From: Octopus vulgaris
Taxonomy: Eukaryota
Direction: 5' to 3'
Length of the DNA stretch: 64,000 bases
Assembly (NCBI GenBank): GCA_951406725.2
Contig: OX597816.1
Span: 172,732,001-172,796,000, forward strand
Position numbers and translations under genes: made by a program. Positions 56,266 through 64,000 of the stretch are shown piece by piece; position 1 is the first letter of the stretch; the number at the start of each line of letters is the position of its first letter. The notes beneath the pieces were generated by a model. The model did not search any database and was not told where the DNA came from. It was given only the letters and a program-made list of their open reading frames with translations.

Positions 56266-57879
56266 TAATCTATAATTAACTTGACATTTCAGGGTGGGGG
56301 AAGTTCTCTGTTTCTTTGTTTCTGTATTTTGATGATTCTTGTGTTTTTTCAGTTACTATATCCATGGGTTTAGCTTTGTCTCCAAAAATTGCTGAAAAAA
56401 CGCACTATCCTGGTTATTCATTCTCATTGGGAGCAGAATGACAGTATGATCTAGCGAAGAACTTATTTAAAATATACACATCTTACACTTTTAATGGACG
56501 ATAGTGATTTCCCTATCCGTTGATTATATCTAATGTACTGTGGGTATAACTAAGTACAGAAAGAATTGTAGTGATTTTAAATAAAAAATGTCGTTCAATC
56601 CATCTTCTATGATTCGACTATTTATCTCAACTCAACAAATACTATGGAATTCCTGACGTATATCCAGTTGCAAGAGCATTCACACAGTATAATGACATCT
56701 GGTAGCCAATAACTGTATACGGGCTTTGCATAGCGTTCTACAAGGTTTTTACCCAAATCTTTTTTAAACTATATACACATATCTTTTATCTTTCAATTTT
56801 TTCAGTCATTGGACTGCGACTATGCTGGGGAACCGCCTTGAAGTATTTTAGCAGAACGAATAAACCCCAAGACTTATTTTTTAAAACCTAGTACTTATTC
56901 TATCGGTCTCTTCTGCGGGGACATAAATACACCAACACCAGTTGTAAGATGTAGATGGGAGACAACCACAGTCACAAAGACATATATACACAGTCACAAA
57001 GATATATGTACATTATTGTGGCTTATCAAAACTATGAACTCGAATGAAATCTATTTGCTGGTCTGTGACATTCAACTGTTCTCTAAACCTCGGCGTCGTG
57101 TAGGGAGCTTTCCCGGGATGCTATCCTGCATCAAATTTGACGAATAAACAAAATATATATACTATTTATATTTACATTACTCGAGCTGCTTTTAATTCGT
57201 AATTTGACCTTCTGTCACGTGTGCTACTCCGCAGCACATCAGAAAATAGGCTTCACTGTATTTGCGTCTAAGTCATAGACCAGCGATTCACTTCGTTTCA
57301 AGATGATTCGAGCACATGGTATTGTCAAACCATCAATATTGGCAAAATATTGCTATTCACCATTTTCCGTGATTCTGAGGCGAGTTGTCTCGCCTGATCT
57401 ATGACGTTCAGGTATTCTTTAACACTCGACATCGTATAGGAAGCTTTCCCCGACGTTGTCCCGCAGCAAATTTGGCGTATGAACAACACATTTACATTAT
57501 GCATGTGCGACTGATGATGTTTACACATTACTAGGACTGCTTTCAATTTGTAGTTCAATTTTACAACGGGCTCAGTACATATTTTTGCCTAAGAAGACGC
57601 ATATGAAAATAAAATATGCACTCGTGTGATGCCTTCACAATGAGGCAAAAGGCGACAGATATTAGGAACAAAACTATTACTATACACTCTGTTCGATGTT
57701 CTTTTTCGATTCATTTGATGAAGCTGAACCGTGCATTATCACAAGATTTTTATATTCTGCACAAAATATGTATCGATTTCTGACATTCTATTACAAACAC
57801 CTTCTGTGGCTGCTTATTTTTTGCCCTTCTTTAATCCATTAAGTTATTTATTTAATTGTTTCACGCATATATATTTTAC

Positions 57880-58285
57880 TTGGAGCGGCTGTGTGGTAAG
57901 TAGCTAGTTTACCAACCACATGGTTCCGGGTTCAGTCCCACTGCGTGGCACCTTGGGCAAGTGTCTTCTACTATAGCCTCGGGCCGACCAATGCCTTGTG
58001 AGTGGATTTGGTAGACGGAAACTGAAAGAAGCCCGTCGTATATATATGTATATATATATATATGTGTGTGTGTTTGTGCGTCTGTGTTTGTCCCCCTAGC
58101 ATTGCTTGACAACCGATGCTGGTGTGTTTATGTCCCCGTTACTTCGCGGTTCGGCAAAAAGAGACCGATAGAATAAGTACTGGGCTTACAAAAGAATAAG
58201 TCCCGGGGTCGAGTTGCTCGATTAAAGGCGGTGCTCCAGCATGACCGCAGTCAAATGACTGAAACAAGTAAAAGAGTAAAAGAGT
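57880..58285 (+). mobile_element. SINE family B
   Basis: Matches the consensus. Confidence 0.9.
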
Positions 58286-59153
58286 ATACAATTTATCTAA
58301 CAAACCTCTGGGCAAGCTTCATTCAGTCAGTGGTCAGGCAATATTTGTTTTGATTGAATCTTAAAAATATCTGTCTGATGTTGTATTGTTTCGTCTGGAG
58401 AGCGGAGCCATGATATTTGGAGTAATGACTTATGAAGTTTTCAGCTTACGTATACGACTTCACTATACTTCTAGCGCTGAGAACTCTTCTGGTTCGCGTT
58501 AATGTGTTTGCACATATAAACATCTTTGTGAAGGAGAGAGAGAGAGAGAGGGATGGAGATAGAGTGAGGAAGAGAGAGAGAGAGTGATTATGAATGCTCT
58601 GACTTCTTTCTCCCAATGCGTCTCCTTTACTCTCCTCTTTTCTTTCTCATTCTTTTCAGTCATTCTGTCTTTCCATTCTCTCTATACCCTTTCTACTCAC
58701 TGTCACACGTTTGTCAACCTGCCATCTGTCTGCTTAAACAGGGTCCATCAATACAGCCAGCACACACACACACACGACAGTCACTAGCCCTCACCTCAGC
58801 ACACATACATAATCTCAATACCCACATGCCACATATCCATATTGCACCGCCTGACAGCAGCCCCCTCCGCGGCTATCGTCTAATCGTTGATGGTGCATCA
58901 TTACATGATAGCAATCCGACAAGGAACCAACCTAAGCCGTTAATTAGCGCAGCCAGATAATTGACATCATATGCGAACGCGTGTGAGCGAGTGTGTGTGT
59001 GTGGGGGGAGGGGCGTGGAAGAGGAAATCCTGTACATATGTATATCTGCTTGTGAGTATGCGCGCTTGCATACGTCTGTATTGTGTGTGCGCATGTATGA
59101 ATATATATACATATATATATATATACACACACATAAATATACATACATAAGCC

Positions 59154-59202
<49 letters not shown>

Positions 59203-59208
59203 GTATAC

Positions 59209-59241
<33 letters not shown>

Positions 59242-60315
59242 TTTATGTATGTATACACTGGTACTCGAGGTACAAAACATAAAACTGCAAATAGCATGCA
59301 AGTCTTGTATTAAATAACCTTTTTGAATTGAAAATGTCGAACGCTGCTTAATATTTGCATGCTATTATTTACAGTTTTGTGTGATGTGCCTCGAGAGTAA
59401 AACATCTCTAAGCTGAATTATTTCACGTTCCCTCAAAAATTTATAAAATTCTTATATATATGTGTGTGTGTGTATGTGTGTGTGGAGAGAGAGAGAGAGA
59501 GAGAGAGATGGAGTTTGTATGTACACTTGCGTCAGAAATTAATTAGCACTTCTCAAATTTCTACATTAAATAGGTTAAATCAATTAACCTATGAGCTATT
59601 CAAAACGTCTTACGCGATGAGAAAACTTAGTATGGTGTGATTTCGGTCCTTGCGAGGCGCTACCTATATCTATTAAACAAAGGAAGATTTGTCTGCATCC
59701 GCACTCCAATTTGTTGCACTGCTATGTCAACATCATAAGGCTGTAGACTCTCAAACTGCTCTGCAAACAAAGTTACGTCATCGTTCTGCGCAACAGTGAA
59801 CTCGCAACAAAGCAATAGTTCGAGATATGGCCACTAGGTGACAGCACATACCTTGAGTGAAGAGCAAATCAAGGGTGCTAATTAATTTCTGACGGTAGTG
59901 TATGTACCTTTATAGTTTTTTTAAAAAATTATTTGTATCTTCTTATGAGGAAGGAGCTGGTTTTTAAGAAACAAAATACATCGTTGTAATAGGAATAAAA
60001 AATACAATTAGATATTAAGCGATGAACGTTAGAAAAGCATTGCATACTTTTACTGTTCCACTTACATTTTTTTTTATTTGTGAAATACGTGTTAGCTGGC
60101 TGCTTTCTTTGAAGAACACATCTTTTCCAGGTTGTCACTTGAATCTTAAAAATAGCCAAGTACACCAATAATTATCGGTGTAAATGGTAATTCATAATAA
60201 TGATAAAGAATATACACGCATGAATATATGCATGCATGTATATGTGTGTTTATATGCATCTATGCAGAAATGATTTATGTATGCTTACATGTAACTAAGG
60301 ATTATGTATGCATGC

Positions 60316-60372
<57 letters not shown>

Positions 60373-60514
60373 AACAACTTATAAATAAGGGCAAACCAAA
60401 AAATTTCGTTTGCCCTTATTTATAAGTTGTTTATAAATTTAACCTTTAAAGGTATTTTTTAATATGCCGGCCATTGATAAAATTTTTTTCTTCGAAAAAA
60501 ATTTTATCCTACAT

Positions 60515-60617
<103 letters not shown>

Positions 60618-61009
60618 AAGTCGTAAGACACCCCCGTATCATTCCTGTTTTTATTCGTTACTGTTTCCAATTTTATCTTCGTCTCTTGTTTTCCTATTCG
60701 TCTCGGTTGTCACATTCTTTCCTTCTACCAAGCAAATCCAAGCTTAGCTTTTCCTTGGGGCTGGCCTTTTCGGAGCAAATCTCAGAATTAAACAGCCGAA
60801 ATTTGCCATGATGAATCGGTTTCTGACTGAAGAATGAAGGCTCTGAATTACTGTCCGTTTTTCCGTGTTTGTCAATTCGTGAATTTCACGTTCTTTATAT
60901 ATAAGTTTTATTATTATATATATATTTTTTTTTTCAATATGTGACCTCGTGAGTACCACTGGCGATTTTTTTCCCTCTGCCTTCCCTTCTCGGGATCTTT
61001 CCTTCTCCT

Positions 61010-61044
61010 GTTTCCGACGAAGAGCTCCGCTCGAAACGTTAAAC
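61010..61044 (+). ncRNA. Minimal hammerhead-like motif within a Penelope-like remnant (about 60620-61145)
   Basis: GUUU-CCGACGA-A-GAGC UCC GCUC-GAAACGUU-AAAC: 4-bp helix I, 4-bp helix II, palindromic ACGU helix III, U4C variant core. Confidence 0.55.
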
Positions 61045-61144
61045 CCTCCTTCTTCCCTTCTTTCCTGAGCGTCCAATAATACTTTATTTGTTCCACGTCC
61101 TCGCGTTGTTGTGTTTTTTTTTTGTGTTTTCTTGTTTGGATTAA

Positions 61145-61181
<37 letters not shown>

Positions 61182-61241
61182 TCACACACATACATGCACA
61201 CTTCTCATATATATTCTCATATATATTTATATATGTTTCAG

Positions 61242-61451
61242 AAAATGGTATTGTATTCACTGCCGCAGCTATTCCCCCGGCTACACCACCTGAAGCAGAA
61301 AGTGAGCCATCATGCTCTTCATCCAGCGCAAACAGTCCATTGGCATTGTCCAGTGGTCCGCCTTCGCCAATCCGTATTGAGAAACCCACTCCACAGTTCC
61401 ACAGAACCACCTTCTCTCTCAATCTGGCAAACCGCTATGGTACACTCCCGG
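61242..61451 (+). CDS. Internal coding exon (210 nt, phase 1-1) of an unidentified Pro/Ser-rich protein
   Basis: Acceptor TTTCAG|, donor CGG|GTAAGT, higher GC than the flanks, and open frame (E)NGIVFTAAAIPPATPPEAESEPSCSSSSANSPLALSSGPPSPIRIEKPTPQFHRTTFSLNLANRYGTLP(G). Confidence 0.8.
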
Positions 61452-61605
61452 GTAAGTTCTTTTCTTCATTCTATATTACAATGATTTTGCAAAATCAGAT
61501 TATCACCAGATTATTCAGAATTAAATTATCTCCCTTTATTTTATTATTTCAAAGCCTGACGTGGTTGTTTTGCCTTTTAATATTCCAAAGCTAAGAAAGA
61601 AGCAT

Positions 61606-62340
61606 GTTAGTTAGTTAGTTAGTTAGTTAATTTTTGGCTTAAAAAGCAAAAAGCAAGGCCATGAAGGGTGACATGGAGTTAAGTACAGGGAGGGTGTTCA
61701 TGCAAAGAGTTCAGGCCATTTCTGGTTAAGAGAGACTTTGAACCGAGCAGTCGTCGGCATCTTCACCATCTCGTCTGGCAGCTTGTTCCACGGATCCGCA
61801 ACCCGGACGGAGAAAGCTCCTCTCCTTCGATTGAGATGAAATCGTCGCAGGTAGAGCTTTTCGGAATGACCCCGCAGCCGACGCTCTGGAGCAGGAGTGA
61901 AGAACAGCTCTTTCGAGAGGTTACACTTTCCGCTTATGATGTTGTGAGCGAGAATGAGATCACCACGGCGGCGGCGTTTTTCTAGAGAATAAAGGTCGAG
62001 CGTCTTCAGCCTTTCTTTATAAGACAAATTCTTGAGACCATAACCATGCGGGTAGCCAGCTTCTGGACTCTTTCGAGATGCTGTACGTCTTTGAGGAAAT
62101 AAGGAGAAGAGGCTTGAATCCCGTACTCCAATATGGGTCTCACCAGCGTGACATAGAGCGGTAGGAATATGGCTGCTGTGAGCATTCCGAATGACCGTCG
62201 AATCAAGAACAGAATTCCGCGTGCTTTGTTGGCAGCATGGACGCACTGGGCCGAAGGCGAAAAGGAGGAATCCACCAAGATACCCAGATCGGTCCTCTCC
62301 AGCAGCAGACGACCCGGCTCGAAATCAAGTTGAGTTGCAT
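61606..62340 (-). mobile_element. CR1-clade LINE 3' fragment with (TAAC)n tail
   Basis: DLGILVD, LYVTLVRPILEY, LERVQKLATRMV, frameshift, LSYKERLKTLDLYSLEKRRRRGDLI, RGHSEKL, FSVRVADPWNKLP; short 3' UTR and a TAAC tail at 61606-61630. Confidence 0.92.
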
Positions 62341-62734
62341 GTGTATACTGAGGTCTAATTAACAATATTTAATTAAAACTATGCCCATCAAAATAAATTT
62401 GTGACTTTGAGCCTTTATTAGAATCAAAGAATTCGGAGTTTGGAAACGAACTGGTAGGAGAGCTATATCAGTTGGTAAGATGCTTTTTGCGATATTTATT
62501 GCTGCCTTTGAGTTCTGTTGTCAGTTTCCGTCAAAATCGACTTTCATCTTCCAGACTACCCTTTTATTCGTTTCAGTCATCGGCCGGCGGCCATGCCTGG
62601 GCATATTGTGGCTGATGTTATCCACCCCAGTGCTTATTTTCAACTCTGGTATTTGCTTCTCTATTTGCCAGAAAAATGATTCTTGAAACGATGTCTACAT
62701 TCCACATAAAAACAGGCTTAGTGACTTGAGCACG

Positions 62735-62790
<56 letters not shown>

Positions 62791-63043
62791 AGATGGGCTT
62801 CTACATAGTTTACGCCAACGAAATTCACTCACGTCGTATTGATAGGTTGCGTATGTATGTATGGATGTATACATGTATACATATATGTTGTTATGTATGT
62901 ATATATAAATGTATGTATGTATGTATGCATGTATGCATGTATATATAAATATATGTATGTATGCATGCATGTATGTATGAATGTATGAATGTATGTATGT
63001 ATGCATGTATGTATATATGTGTGCATATATATACATGTACATG

Positions 63044-63104
<61 letters not shown>

Positions 63105-63534
63105 TTTCCTCACGTGATCATCTTTTTTTTCTTGCACGGACAATCAAAAGACTGGACGTGTGTTTTTGTCTCTCTTCTATCTTTTCTTTTTCCAAGGAAA
63201 ATATTTCTTCCAGCGTTCACTATTTTCCTCTCGTTCTGGTTTTAAGACCCTCCACGTCTGCACTGTCCTATTTTGTTCCCAACTTTGACCCTCCATAAAT
63301 CCTAAATTTTATTTTAGAATTTATGGAAGAAACTGTCTTTGAAAACTTATTGTTGTTGAATGCTCGAAATAAGGAGTAGATAGAAAGCCAACAACTGATG
63401 AATGGTCCTTTCTCTGTGTTTACTTATCCTGTTTTCCAGGTTTTTCTCTCTCGTTGTTTACGTATTTAACTCGTTTTTTTTACGTATTTCATGTAGTTTG
63501 CACCGTTGGTGACGTCCTGTACCCATATAGGCAT

Positions 63535-63559
63535 ATTATTATTATTATTATTATTATTA

Positions 63560-63616
<57 letters not shown>

Positions 63617-63743
63617 GTTGTTGTTGTTGTTGTTATTATTATTATTATTATTGTTATTATTATTATTATTATTATTATTGTTGTTGTTGTTGTTGTTGTT
63701 GTTATTATTATTATCATTATTATTATTATTATTATCATCATCA

Positions 63744-63779
<36 letters not shown>

Positions 63780-63780
63780 G
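63535..63780. repeat. (ATT)n/(GTT)n array
   Basis: Seen directly. Confidence 0.95.
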
Positions 63781-64000
63781 TATTATATATACATATACAT
63801 ACATTCATATATACATACATATACACATACGCACACACACACATATATATATAGAGAGAGAGAGATAGTAATGAAAAGAAAAAGAGAGAGGATGTAGTGA
63901 GGGAGTTTAGAAAATAAACTTGTCTTCTATTTACTCACAGAAATAACTCTAACATTATGCTCCTCTGTCTTGTGTATCATCATCCCCGTCATCTGAATAA

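Noticed and set aside
58742-58892. Possible phase 0-1 exon linking the microexon to 61242
   Set aside because: Weak donor (GTGCAT), an internal (CA)n tract and no recognisable peptide.
59829-59848. CTCF-like motif GGCCACTAGGTGACAGCA
   Set aside because: Mismatch at a conserved core position; a single short match in 64 kb is not supportable.

Overview
Animal genomic DNA, AT-rich and very dense in microsatellites ((TA)n, (CA)n, (TATG)n, (AAT)n). The repeat families and composition resemble an octopus (coleoid cephalopod) genome; this is recall and inference, not a database result. Nearly all ORF-track entries are translations of microsatellites or SINEs. The window looks mostly intronic. It holds one well-supported + strand coding exon (61242-61451) and two weaker exon candidates (17235-17336, 50460-50483). 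Mobile DNA includes three tRNA-derived SINE families, R4/Dong-type, CR1, RTE and gag-like LINE remnants, non-autonomous Helitrons, mariner and hAT MITEs, an (AAT)n-associated non-coding retroelement, and Penelope-like remnants with minimal hammerhead ribozyme motifs. The most notable items are: (1) a 273-bp palindrome with a type I hammerhead on each strand, plus a sister copy folded back exactly at hammerhead helix III; (2) a near-identical antisense copy of an exon-like unit about 1.5 kb downstream, a candidate ADAR/splicing duplex; (3) a 440-bp near-perfect palindrome; (4) a tail-to-head chain of (TAA)n-targeting elements; (5) a Helitron inserted exactly between a mariner TIR and its TA duplication. 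I did not find convincing evidence of a wholly new system.
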